DNA of 64,000 nucleotides from a virus (taxonomy: Duplodnaviria > Caudoviricetes): the IMG/VR virus record IMGVR_UViG_3300021387_000688; one strand, given 5' to 3'. Shown one piece after another: positions 49,801 to 59,268 of the stretch (the first letter of the stretch is position 1; each line of letters starts with the position of its first letter). The position numbers and the translations under genes were made by a program. Below the pieces are notes generated by a model. The model worked only from the letters and a program-made list of their open reading frames with translations. It ran no database searches and had not been told where the DNA came from.

Positions 49801-52267
49801 TATTCAAGAAGTTCTTTCTGTTTTCATCGTTACCAGGAACTGTAGGTGAGTCAAAACCAAATACTGAAGTTTCAATGTTCAATAAACGCTCTTGTGTTTC
49901 CTGGGCGGCCTTAAGTAATATACCTACAGTGTTTCTAATCTCCTGCTGTAACTCTTTCTTGCTTGTAGTCAAGTTCAAGTAGTTTGCAATAGATTTAATT
50001 TCTTCTTCTGTATATGTATAAGTGTTATTGTTTACAAGTTCATTACTTGCGTCAATGCCTTCGTCCTTTCCTAATACATTATCATGAGAACTCTTAATTA
50101 AAGTATTTCTCTTATGTACTAAGAAGTTTGTATCTGCAGGAGTACCATTAACTTCATCATCAGTTCCTTTTAAGTCTCTCAACTTATCCCTAACCTGATT
50201 TACACGTTCAACTAAGATACCAATCTGCTGTTTATATTCTTCCTGACCTCTCTTATAAATCCAAGTAGAAAGAGGTAACTCTTGCAATGCTTGTAAAGCT
50301 GAACCTAACTTAGTTAGGGCTTTCAAACCTTCTTCATCTGGCTGGGCTTCAAAATCTTCTACTTTCAATTCATATTCGTCGATAGTATCTTTTGTATCTA
50401 ATGGCTCTACAATATTACCATCTGCGTCAATTGAAATTTCATTTCCTTGACCATCAACTGCATTTTTGTTTGGAACCAATATAGTTGTTTCCAATCCATC
50501 TTTTACATTAACTGGAAGTTTTTCTGAAATTACAATTTTCTTAGTAATAGAAGAATTGTTTAAAAGGTTTTGCAAAACTGTATAGTTTAATGTAAGTCCG
50601 CCGATATCTACTTCTGTAAATTCAGCACTATGAGATTTGAAGTTTACATTACCTGTATATTGATTCCCTTCTTTAAGTTCAAAGTTAACTATATTGTTTT
50701 CATCTTTAGAAATAATAGAGTTAAGAATACTTGAACCAACAATAAATTGATTAATCAATTTATTCATGTTAGTATCTGTAACTTTATAACTATTCAATAA
50801 TGTAGTTGGGAAAGCAGTTAAAACATTTTCTGCAACTTTCTTAGGCACACTTTCTTTCTTAGAGAAGAAGTTTGTAGTTGTTCCTAAACCAATAGAGTTA
50901 TTTTCATCCACAAATGGAATGTAAGCACCTTTTGCAACATCTTCTGTGATTGCTTCTGCACCGTTTGATAATACAGCGCCATCCAAAGAATGCGCTTGGA
51001 TATTTCCATCAAAACCAGTATTCTTAATACCGTGAACCCCTACAGCTTTTCCATCTGAATCTAATGCAGGATTGTCAACTAAATCTTCTTTATGTGCATC
51101 TAAGTCTTCTTCAAAAACAATGGTCTTGTCTTTAATAGTAAAGTTGTTTACATTTAATGTATCTGCAAATACGCCCTTATCATCTACTTCTAATTGACCG
51201 TTACCAGCTTTTAATCCTAAAGCTTTTACCATCTCTGTTTCTACAAGTCTTTCATAAAACTTCTTAACTGCAGTAACAGTTGGAGCCATTACATCAGAAT
51301 AAGCTTCTAATGATTTTGCTAAAGGCTGATCATCTAACAAAGAATACTCTCTGTTCCAAAGATTTTTAGCAACTACTATTAATTTATATTCTACATCTTT
51401 AAGAGCAATTGGGGCTTGGGTACCTGCGAATTTACAAATACCTAAACCATCTTCAATGTTCATATGGAGGTTGTAAACACCGTCTGTTCCAGAATAATCA
51501 TCCTGCAATACCATCCATTCAAAACCATAAACAGTATCATTGTTATATACGTGGAAACCTGCGGGTATTTCTCTCCAAATATACTTATCTGCAAAAGGAG
51601 AATCTTTTTGATGACTTGGCACCTTCTTAATATTTGGTTCTCTTATAAACAACCTAACTTCAATGTTCTCAAGAGTTGGAGCAATACGGGCTTGTTCCAA
51701 AGTACCATATCTTACTAATGGAGTAATATCAATATCTGGGATTGTATTGTTTTTTGAAATAATACCTTTCTTTCTCAAGAATGGGGATCTCTGCACGTCT
51801 CTAAACAATCCAGTTGGTTCACTCCTAATCTGTGCAGGAGTGTAACCATCATTCATTGCAATGAAAGGAATGATGAATTTATTTTCATCATCTAAATAAT
51901 CTTCTCTATTGTATTGCTGAGAAATAAAAGTATTAGCTTCGAATTGAGGATGTGGATCATTTCCGCTTACAGGTTCTGTCATTGGATCTTCAAAAGCAGG
52001 TTCTTCTGGAGTTACTTCCTCTGGTTTATTTTTAAGACTAATGATGAATCTCATTCCGTCTATAATTTCTATTTCTTGATCAAGAGCTGCATCTTCTACT
52101 CTGTCATCCCCGTCTTCAGGGTACATTAAAGTAGCATAATCGATTGTCTTTCCTTCTGGTATAATAGTTTCAAAAAGTGTATCGTTAAAAACTGCGCCGG
52201 TTGATTCTAAGATGATTTCTGTGAATGTTTCGCCTCTATCAAAAGAAACTCTAACAGTATTTGACAT
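46874..52267 (-). CDS. Large fibre/baseplate protein with an internal S74 intramolecular-chaperone-like domain and a C-terminal gp10_C-like domain
   Basis: SSITKK...ALQALQELPLSTWIYK...IGILVE...VGILLKAAQE; HPQGDVYLS...NPTYLFGGTW. Start moved to MSNTV (GGAGG SD). Confidence 0.65.
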   Translation of the reverse strand: MSNTVRVSFDRGETFTEIILESTGAVFNDTLFETIIPEGKTIDYATLMYPEDGDDRVEDAALDQEIEIIDGMRFIISLKNKPEEVTPEEPAFEDPMTEPVSGNDPHPQFEANTFISQQYNREDYLDDENKFIIPFIAMNDGYTPAQIRSEPTGLFRDVQRSPFLRKKGIISKNNTIPDIDITPLVRYGTLEQARIAPTLENIEVRLFIREPNIKKVPSHQKDSPFADKYIWREIPAGFHVYNNDTVYGFEWMVLQDDYSGTDGVYNLHMNIEDGLGICKFAGTQAPIALKDVEYKLIVVAKNLWNREYSLLDDQPLAKSLEAYSDVMAPTVTAVKKFYERLVETEMVKALGLKAGNGQLEVDDKGVFADTLNVNNFTIKDKTIVFEEDLDAHKEDLVDNPALDSDGKAVGVHGIKNTGFDGNIQAHSLDGAVLSNGAEAITEDVAKGAYIPFVDENNSIGLGTTTNFFSKKESVPKKVAENVLTAFPTTLLNSYKVTDTNMNKLINQFIVGSSILNSIISKDENNIVNFELKEGNQYTGNVNFKSHSAEFTEVDIGGLTLNYTVLQNLLNNSSITKKIVISEKLPVNVKDGLETTILVPNKNAVDGQGNEISIDADGNIVEPLDTKDTIDEYELKVEDFEAQPDEEGLKALTKLGSALQALQELPLSTWIYKRGQEEYKQQIGILVERVNQVRDKLRDLKGTDDEVNGTPADTNFLVHKRNTLIKSSHDNVLGKDEGIDASNELVNNNTYTYTEEEIKSIANYLNLTTSKKELQQEIRNTVGILLKAAQETQERLLNIETSVFGFDSPTVPGNDENRKNFLNSHIAEELQEQLNAGPLLLGLNRLMRAICLELFDTTDLEEVDAETQSLLSDSDTLGTRITVKTRMDRVDEIINDLTNRHHALTSYYLENISNDEGKHTYTPIVNKDGEAVEKRFEDNETDTPDVDSTSVEKEKLLDGLNDNHAETSDYDEGHAWAHLSSPEDIANKGTVPFGQIAEGTDKHTPNKEDCGIVRVPETEEVEGEETTIPTNTKDGTPENVEENETRRRKYTRLKLSYDAKTGTFKPIFVSKAVAWDSAKIERMNQKLSEVTKTIYGADDVQASLPNRTEVLRRNITNLIDDLYPNRLFDVEPVIKDQVNGHDLRNPFKQSFKQEGGVGRQDLHKSIYNTLMPSDAEYGLSGDDSTADTKHFSLLKWVDNALFNYSIPNEYVIKEVTKYNTGLVANHSVGNLNAGGAFINDETASSNVVRLLTCKLVTDETGNEKLGSYKNAVSKTDLLADLLGLRYAYLGSKVLADNMWLNTSTLNLAKDTRIAENSIIGDAYLKELQYADREVIEKDGLFSGVIKQTKENASTEIQRASNVDFVVSRKQKSVMERLSTIESYLDANAKATKALEESFMDGSTFERFNDGDGDAANNLRFEKASPIKANEGLSKKLNDIQLQRIFDLDISDSESEANEDKDRVRKHNRFVWEEIAKLYDVSKSSYHVGKVADNTWNFALTEEVGYYTISGKLKVYTKEGRYTGIVSEDKTYYVVYYNNLNEEEFDEKGEFTKNVIFIKSKHAPSGKELNSFVSTGDNNPADGLEFTGKGYQNQTEQIMYETLSNILSDMFKSNELPGESAANRLAVEDTLQYIPTPENRPLLYYMSLREHPQGDVYLSVKKINPTYLFGGTWKLHKQKAFLAVGTPSDPTTPTDENLTYSFKNTYPTAIGQGSGDVTWEDDYYLASTRWYHGEPDGVSNSHDSSTDSMKFKTEDNTSTKKLKTDSFYVWERLKEDYVQSEAYQHIYVQDSDITGSIVN

Positions 52268-52354
52268 TAAATTAATCCTCCAATTCAACTTTAAACAAAA
52301 TTTATATTCTTGTTTAATTAGTTAGTTGAATTAGAGGATTATAAGGATTGAATA

Positions 52355-55300
52355 TTATTTAATGCAATTTAACGCAGTAGTTATATTACCTAATGCAGTT
52401 TTATTACTACTACTATTTTTACCGTTGTCGCTTTCTCCCCAATCATGATTGCATGTAGTCCAAATTGCATTCTGTGTATCATCTACTTTTTTAATCTCTT
52501 CTTCAGTACCTGTAATTGTAATTGTAAGACTGTCTCCTCCTGCATCTGTAACTGCCCATTCATCCCCTGTAATTGAGAATATGCCATCACTTTGCTGTAC
52601 TTTATCAGTAACTTCTACGAGGGCGGCTTTTGTATATGCTATTGTAGTTGCTGTCTTAGTTTTACTTGTTGCGGCACAAATCTTAGTAACACGTACTCTA
52701 ACATGATCCTTTGTATTTACTTCCCATTTATCTAATCCAATATGTCCTATATATCTACTTGGCATATACCATTCATAAGAACCGTCCTGGAAAGTAACTT
52801 TTGCTCCCATTGTTACCATCATATCAGTCCAGTCGTCTCCCCATGTATTGTTATAGGTAATATCATCTCCTTCACCGCTCGTACCCTCTTTTTGTAAAGA
52901 TCTATATACAATCATATATGCAGGTTTAATTTCACTTACCCAACTGAGTTTGGTACCTGGATTTTTAAGACTTGTAATGTCTAAATTGATGTTAAGTGTA
53001 GCAAGATTTACGTTAATATTAGAGGCATCAGAAGTAGCTTTATTTACTGCGTAACTTGTCTTAGATGGAGGAGTTAAAGTACTTGATGTTACTTTTACCC
53101 CCTTGTAAGAGGACTCTGTATATCCTAAATAATACATCTCATTATCGGTAAGTACCTTTCTACTTCCCCCAAGTAATTGCGCAATAGTAAGTTGAGTAAA
53201 TACGTTTTTAGTACCGTAATCACTTAATTTTACAGTTTTACTCATCAAAGTAAGTCCATTTGTATCTTTAAGTACTGTACCAAGGCTTATTTTATCATAC
53301 TTTTTTTCTTTGTTAATTGAGCTTGGTATCTTCGAAACTATCTTATCCCATATACCGGCTCTATTAACAGTGGCGTTAATCTTAAGAGTTCCGCTTATAG
53401 TTACGGCCTGAGAACAATCTACTGCCCCGCTTACATAATCTGGAGCAATACTCATATACTTATGAATTGGAATATCCTCATTAAGAGTATATTTTTTAGT
53501 TGCAAATGATGCATCCTCAGTATCTTTATATTTCACTACATATGAATTACTATTTGCTTTAAATTCAAAGTACTTATTAGTTGGGTCCCCAAACATATTA
53601 AATTGAGGGTCATTAATGATACCTTTCAACTCATCAGAAGTAATTTTAAATTTACCTATAGTATCCTCACTAGCCCTATATTTACCTTTTTTGAATTCGT
53701 CTGTAAGAGGTTTATCGCTTACTAATGTTCTACCCTTATTATAAGTTACAGTTATGGTCTTTACCCCGTTTTGCATTTCGTCAAATTTATCTACAATCTT
53801 AAAAGTTTCATCCATTTGATGTTGCATAGATTCTACAGTTGAATTCAATGCTGTAATCTCAGATTCTTTCTCTGCTAGAGCCTCATCATAGGTAGTTTTC
53901 ATTTGAGATATCTGTGCGTCCTTTTCTTGCAATGCAGTATCGTATGTAGATTTCATTGCCTCAAAAGTTTCTTTTACGGTTTTTCCATTATTCTCTTCAT
54001 CATCCCATTCTTCAGCTTCTTTAATAGCTGCATCTTGTTTTTCATCAATAATCTGTTGAGCCGCAGCTTCTTCTGTAGCTCTTTCTTTTTCTTCTGCTCT
54101 AATATCTGAAGCGGTCTTTCTAAGAGCTTCATCTTGAGATTCATCTTTATCTTTCTGATCAGTCTTATATTGTTCAAAAGCCTCCTGATGAGCTTCCATA
54201 GTACTTCTCCAACCAGCGGCTTCTTTATGGATCTGTACCATATATTCATTAATCTCTCCAAAGAATTCATAATACTTCTGGGCCATTGTAGCATTAAATT
54301 GTTCTCTAGTAACTCCAGAAGGTTTTAAGTCTTCTTCATCAAACCAGTTTCTTAAAGCATTATACAACTCTGGGTATTTTCTCTTATCGTAAAGAGTAAT
54401 ACCATCCATCAATGCAAAACCTTTTTCTGGCAAACCTCTATTAGAAGGTTTAATATATCCAAGAGGGAAATTACCTGAGTAATCTCTCAAAGGTTCTTTT
54501 ACATCTACTATGAAATAATTACAACTTTCAGCAATTCCAATTGGTACATTAAAATCATACCAATATTGAGGGCGGGCAGTTATTCTACCATTAAGCCCAA
54601 GATAATATTGAGTGCCTGGCTTAAGATTACCCATGGTAACCATTCTACCCATTCTCAATACTTTAATTACATCACCTTTTTTATGTATACCAGTCTGGTT
54701 TGTTAATACAACACCAATTACGTTTAATCTTGATGCATCTCTAACATCTGCAAGAATTGCTTGTCCTGCTTCTGCAGTCTGCCCATGTTCAATCTTTCTA
54801 ACATTCATGTAAGGTAATAAATTATGGCTTACATAAACATCATAGTATCCTTCATTTATGTTAGAAGTAATTTCGAATATACCATCTGCAATTTCTTTAG
54901 ATGTAAATTCTATTTCTTCATCTTCGTGATAATTCTGTTGTAATTCTTTTAATCCATCTACAAGCGCACCTCTAATAAGATTAGGAGTAAATACACTCAT
55001 AGGTTCTTTTTGAATTATATTTGCACCTGCATTGCAGAAGGATTTAGAAAGTCTAATATAACCTTCATCATTTGGATCTGCTAAATCATCATAATCAATA
55101 GGTTTACTTACTACAGGAATAATTATTGTATCCCCGTCCAACTTTCTCAATCCAATAAATGCATCTTCAAGCGTTAAATTCTGAGCAGCTTCCCCTACTA
55201 CTCTAATTTCGCAACTAAATGGTCTTGGTTTACCTTCTGCAATAGCAACTACTTTAACTTCATCATAAATACCTGTATTTAAAGCTTTGTTATAAGAAGG

Positions 55301-56305
55301 TTCTCCTCTTTCATTTAATCTTGCAAAATCTGGTTCACCATTAGTACTATCATAGCCACCGGTTTCGTCTTCCAAATCTACATCTTGTTTAACTTTATTG
55401 AAATAAATATCTTCACCTAAAGTTACTAAGAATTGAGTATTGTCAATTGGACCTCTAGTATCTCCAGTGATGTTCAATTCAATGGTTACTACTTCATCTT
55501 CGGCTCCATCTGTTGTAGGGGCATCTGTTAAATAACCTACTTGAATTGTATTTTTTGTATTGTAAATAGAATCTGAATAATCCCAAGTAAACCATGCTTT
55601 ACCATCTACTTCTGCATCTGCTTTTCTAGAAGTATCTAAATGGTCTGTATCGTGAAGGTCTCCTTCTTTATCGTAACCTGTATGAGAACCTCTATTATCT
55701 AATTTTCCATCTTCTTCAAGAGAAAGGGTTTCAATAGATTTTCTAATGTATAAAGGTTGTCCACGTACTTGATCAAAATTGAATTCTGATTTTTCTTTTT
55801 CGTATTTACCTGTAATCTGATCGAAAGGAATAGCTTTGTAAGCATCTATATCAATAAATACTTCTCTATCTTTTCTAGTTTCAAAATCAGGGTGTTTTGT
55901 TGTAAGGAATGAGAATTTACCACGACTCTGTACACTAACAATTTGTCCAGGCTCTGCGTAGTTCATTGCAATACCTAAACAAGTATCATCTACGTCAGGG
56001 TCTGTTATTTTACAATATGCATATGAATCGTTTTCTGGGTCCCAACCATCTGGAGTATTACCAGTAGGGTCCCAAATACCTTCAAACTTATCTTTGAAAG
56101 CTTGTAAATCTTTTTTCTGTGCAATAGAAATTGGCTGACCACGTTTAATGGTCTCTACAGCATAATATCTTGACTCTGGAATAAGTTGTGCTTTAGCTCC
56201 ATCTTTATCGATGTAGTTAAAATTATCATTTCTCTTATTTACGTAAAATGCTCCAGGTCTTATTTTATTGGTTAAATCGTCATGACGGCCTTTGATAAGT
56301 TCCAC
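52355..56305 (-). CDS. Tail fibre protein with cement-like repeats, a tail-collar domain and a coiled coil
   Basis: AVETIKRGQPI..LGIA..A.PGQ.V.V; LKPGTQYYLG..G.IT; collar motif FPLGYIKP...EKGFALMDG....KRKYPELY; GTG start with GAGGA SD. Confidence 0.7.
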   Translation of the reverse strand: MELIKGRHDDLTNKIRPGAFYVNKRNDNFNYIDKDGAKAQLIPESRYYAVETIKRGQPISIAQKKDLQAFKDKFEGIWDPTGNTPDGWDPENDSYAYCKITDPDVDDTCLGIAMNYAEPGQIVSVQSRGKFSFLTTKHPDFETRKDREVFIDIDAYKAIPFDQITGKYEKEKSEFNFDQVRGQPLYIRKSIETLSLEEDGKLDNRGSHTGYDKEGDLHDTDHLDTSRKADAEVDGKAWFTWDYSDSIYNTKNTIQVGYLTDAPTTDGAEDEVVTIELNITGDTRGPIDNTQFLVTLGEDIYFNKVKQDVDLEDETGGYDSTNGEPDFARLNERGEPSYNKALNTGIYDEVKVVAIAEGKPRPFSCEIRVVGEAAQNLTLEDAFIGLRKLDGDTIIIPVVSKPIDYDDLADPNDEGYIRLSKSFCNAGANIIQKEPMSVFTPNLIRGALVDGLKELQQNYHEDEEIEFTSKEIADGIFEITSNINEGYYDVYVSHNLLPYMNVRKIEHGQTAEAGQAILADVRDASRLNVIGVVLTNQTGIHKKGDVIKVLRMGRMVTMGNLKPGTQYYLGLNGRITARPQYWYDFNVPIGIAESCNYFIVDVKEPLRDYSGNFPLGYIKPSNRGLPEKGFALMDGITLYDKRKYPELYNALRNWFDEEDLKPSGVTREQFNATMAQKYYEFFGEINEYMVQIHKEAAGWRSTMEAHQEAFEQYKTDQKDKDESQDEALRKTASDIRAEEKERATEEAAAQQIIDEKQDAAIKEAEEWDDEENNGKTVKETFEAMKSTYDTALQEKDAQISQMKTTYDEALAEKESEITALNSTVESMQHQMDETFKIVDKFDEMQNGVKTITVTYNKGRTLVSDKPLTDEFKKGKYRASEDTIGKFKITSDELKGIINDPQFNMFGDPTNKYFEFKANSNSYVVKYKDTEDASFATKKYTLNEDIPIHKYMSIAPDYVSGAVDCSQAVTISGTLKINATVNRAGIWDKIVSKIPSSINKEKKYDKISLGTVLKDTNGLTLMSKTVKLSDYGTKNVFTQLTIAQLLGGSRKVLTDNEMYYLGYTESSYKGVKVTSSTLTPPSKTSYAVNKATSDASNINVNLATLNINLDITSLKNPGTKLSWVSEIKPAYMIVYRSLQKEGTSGEGDDITYNNTWGDDWTDMMVTMGAKVTFQDGSYEWYMPSRYIGHIGLDKWEVNTKDHVRVRVTKICAATSKTKTATTIAYTKAALVEVTDKVQQSDGIFSITGDEWAVTDAGGDSLTITITGTEEEIKKVDDTQNAIWTTCNHDWGESDNGKNSSSNKTALGNITTALNCIK

Positions 56306-56359
56306 TGTAATATCCTCACAAAAATTATTAAATCAATTAGTGGAAACTTTGCCGTAAAT

Positions 56360-56385
56360 AAAAATAGGGGTACTTTCGTACCCCT
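56360..56385 (-). terminator. Intrinsic terminator
   Basis: AGGGGTAC-TTTC-GTACCCCT. Confidence 0.8.
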
Positions 56386-56406
56386 TAAAAACAGAAAAAA
56401 TAGAAT

Positions 56407-57651
56407 TTATGAATAACAGTCCAGAAGTTTACTAATGAACAAGTCCTTCGTAAAGAATCCGTCTGTATTAAGTTTGAAAATGGCGTCCTTAAGCTTCTGA
56501 TAATTTACACCCTGTGAAAGTTTTGTAGCACGATTGAAAGAAGCTCTTTCTCCACCATCCGTGTTAGCATCTGTAATTTTCAATTCTTCTGAACCGTCTT
56601 TCTTAACTTTAGTTGTTCCAATTCTTCCGAATACTCTTACCATCTCTGCTCTACGAATTTCAGACATCATAATCTGATAAACTGTTACGTAGTTATCTTT
56701 TGTGATAGATGCTAACTGCATAAACGCGTCGTCAGTTTTTGCATTTGTTGCAATAGATAATGTTACGTCAAGTACTTTTGTCTCTGGAATAAATCCAAAC
56801 ATTCTACCAATTGCACTTGGATCAAATGTCTTTGTTTCAATACACTGCTGAAGAATACGAGTTGCATTTCTAATAGAACCTACAGCTCCTTCTGCCATAG
56901 CTTTTACACCTTCAAGACAGAAATCTTTTCCCCCGTTTGCAATCATCCATTTCCAAAGATTTTCACCCTGATACTCATTTGCTACTGCAAAGTCGTGAAT
57001 ATATTTCATCAAATCTGAAACACTCAGATCTGAAAACTTGAATAAGTTACATCTAGAAACAAATCCTGCCGCACCTGCTTTTCTTGTTTTAGAACCATTA
57101 AGTTCTGTTTCTACGTTAGTTGAGTTTGTTCCAATCTCATCCATTGAAGTAAAGATCCAATTTGTCTTTGCGTCAGGTCTTTCCAACTCTCTCAACAATG
57201 CATCAATTGCACCCTGAGATTTTAACAATTCCTGAATTTCTTCAAAGATGATTACTTTTCTCTTTCCCCAGAAAGGCTGTTCTTTTGATTTTTCAACTAA
57301 TGCTTTTACAGCATCTACCTGAGAAGTAAATTTACCATCTGAGTTTAAAGTATCAGCTCCAATTACTTTTACATCGCGGGAATATTTACCTTCCAATACT
57401 GCTTTACAATCTGGACAATCTCCGCATGGATTTCCATCAGCATCTTTATGCTGACAAACCATTGTCATTGCAATAATTCTTGCAGTTGTTGTTTTTCCTG
57501 TTCCATATTTACCCATCAAAAGAATACCACGAGGCCATTTATCATCTTTTGCATGAGTTGCTACGAAATCTTTAAGTAATGTACATCCATGTACTTCAGA
57601 CATCTTAGTTGGTCTTGCGTCAATTGCCCACTGTTTTCCTGTTAAATCCAT
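56407..57651 (-). CDS. dnaX: Clamp loader ATPase, DNA pol III gamma/tau-like
   Basis: WA..ARP....EV.G; G.YGTGKTT.ARI.A; C...PCGDCPDC; SRC; GSIRNA. Confidence 0.85.
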   Translation of the reverse strand: MDLTGKQWAIDARPTKMSEVHGCTLLKDFVATHAKDDKWPRGILLMGKYGTGKTTTARIIAMTMVCQHKDADGNPCGDCPDCKAVLEGKYSRDVKVIGADTLNSDGKFTSQVDAVKALVEKSKEQPFWGKRKVIIFEEIQELLKSQGAIDALLRELERPDAKTNWIFTSMDEIGTNSTNVETELNGSKTRKAGAAGFVSRCNLFKFSDLSVSDLMKYIHDFAVANEYQGENLWKWMIANGGKDFCLEGVKAMAEGAVGSIRNATRILQQCIETKTFDPSAIGRMFGFIPETKVLDVTLSIATNAKTDDAFMQLASITKDNYVTVYQIMMSEIRRAEMVRVFGRIGTTKVKKDGSEELKITDANTDGGERASFNRATKLSQGVNYQKLKDAIFKLNTDGFFTKDLFISKLLDCYS

Positions 57652-57788
57652 AAATCTTATTCCTCTTTCTGTTTTAATTTCTTTTCAATATATAAAAGGT
57701 TTTCAAAACATTTACAACAATTTTTTGAAAAAGTGGCCTCCTTTTTTAACGATATTATATATGTAAGCAAATTAATCTGGAGTAGATT

Positions 57789-58463
57789 ATGTCTAAGAAG
57801 GTATACAGCATTGTAGTTAAAAGAGAATGGGATGTAGATACCCGTGATGGTAAAGTCCATTTTGTAGAACATGTGTCCAAACCTATCAACTGTTATAAGG
57901 TATCTGATGTTACTCGTGGAGACCCTGTTAGAGTAGTTGCAGGTAAGAAAGTTCCTATAGGAACTGAAGGCGTTGTAAAAACGGTTTGTATAAATAAATA
58001 TTCAAGTGATGTAACTCACAACCCTTCCGTATTTATTACTTTACCAGATGGCACTGAAGTAAAAACTGTAGGTCATAACCTTATCAATTTGAAAAATGTA
58101 GGGGCTGAAGATTGTATTACAGAATGGCCTTCTTTTGAAGATTTTTGCGAAAGTAGTAAGAATAATCAAGAACAAATCAAACCAATGTGGTATATTGATA
58201 AAGAACTTAATGTTAAAAGTACCGGATTGCCAAATATGGAAGATTATAAGATGTTAAATCTTGACACTTTAGATAAATCTTATAAATCCCTTTTATATAA
58301 TAAAAAACAAGATACATATGCAGTAGTAGAGTTTGCAAAAACTTTTACTCCTGGTAATGTAATAAGTTTTAAGCAGTATGGAACTGCCAGCCGTTTTAGA
58401 GATATCTTTGGCGGGGATGATGGTAGAAAAGAAGCAGAGTTAAATTACAACATGTTAAGTTAA
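57789..58463 (+). CDS. Hypothetical protein with a KOW/SH3-like segment
   Basis: RGDPVRVVAGKKVPIGTEGVV; GGAG SD; GAAA-N20-GATATT promoter. Confidence 0.65.
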   Translation: MSKKVYSIVVKREWDVDTRDGKVHFVEHVSKPINCYKVSDVTRGDPVRVVAGKKVPIGTEGVVKTVCINKYSSDVTHNPSVFITLPDGTEVKTVGHNLINLKNVGAEDCITEWPSFEDFCESSKNNQEQIKPMWYIDKELNVKSTGLPNMEDYKMLNLDTLDKSYKSLLYNKKQDTYAVVEFAKTFTPGNVISFKQYGTASRFRDIFGGDDGRKEAELNYNMLS

Positions 58464-58487
58464 AAATAAATAATTAAAAAATGTTTC

Positions 58488-58516
58488 AAGCCTATCGAAA
58501 GATAGGCTTTTCTTTT
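58488..58516 (+). terminator. Intrinsic terminator
   Basis: AAGCCTATC-GAAA-GATAGGCTT plus T-run. Confidence 0.85.
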
Positions 58517-58526
58517 ACCTAAATTC

Positions 58527-58660
58527 AATTGAAATGTATGAGGGTGGGTTTTTCAGGGAACGGGTCTAACTCTATATATTATAAAGATTTAACTGAAATG
58601 TATGGGCGTAAAAATATTCCTTAAAAATATTTTTTAAAATTTAAATTTTATATATAAAAT
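58527..58660. repeat. Two AAYTGAAATGTATG direct repeats plus an AT-rich palindromic tract (candidate origin or regulatory site)
   Basis: Repeats at 58527-40 and 58591-604; the A/T-only stretch 58621-58660 contains palindromes. Confidence 0.4.
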
Positions 58661-58713
58661 GTTTGTTACTTTTTTACATCTCTTATTTGGAACCTCCCGC
58701 TATATATTCTTAT

Positions 58714-59268
58714 ATGATTAAACTTAGAATTAAACTACCAGATGAAAAAGGTTTTGAATTTGAATATCCTTTATCTGAAGATGAACTTATTGTAGTGCAA
58801 GGTAATAGCACTAACCCTCCTATCATAAATAAAAACATATATGAATGGTATAAAGATGTAGACGGCCTTGACATATATTTTGATTTAGCTTCAGCTCTAA
58901 CAGGTCGCCAGAAAAATGAATATGCAGAATTATTTTTTTTAATCATTGCATCTGCAGATTCAAAAGGAAAAGTACTTTGTACTCAACAATATAAAAACGA
59001 AGAAGAATTTTTAGAGCGTTTTAATAAATATCTTAAGAAATGGCGTCTTCCAAAAACCGCTAATAAATTACCTTCAGATATTTGTCTTAATGTTTTAGCC
59101 GCAGTACATTATAGCAGAAGTGGTAAAAACTTTTTGGAAGTAACTGAGGAGCTCATTCCATATATTGTACCTATAACTAATGAAGTAGACGAAGGTCACA
59201 ATGAAGGATTAGTTGAAGAAGTAAAACCTGCAGAAGGTGATGCAGAATCCCATCCAGTAGAAAATTAA
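58714..59268 (+). CDS. Hypothetical protein
   Basis: Start moved to MIKLRIK, directly after CTATATATT. Confidence 0.65.
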   Translation: MIKLRIKLPDEKGFEFEYPLSEDELIVVQGNSTNPPIINKNIYEWYKDVDGLDIYFDLASALTGRQKNEYAELFFLIIASADSKGKVLCTQQYKNEEEFLERFNKYLKKWRLPKTANKLPSDICLNVLAAVHYSRSGKNFLEVTEELIPYIVPITNEVDEGHNEGLVEEVKPAEGDAESHPVEN

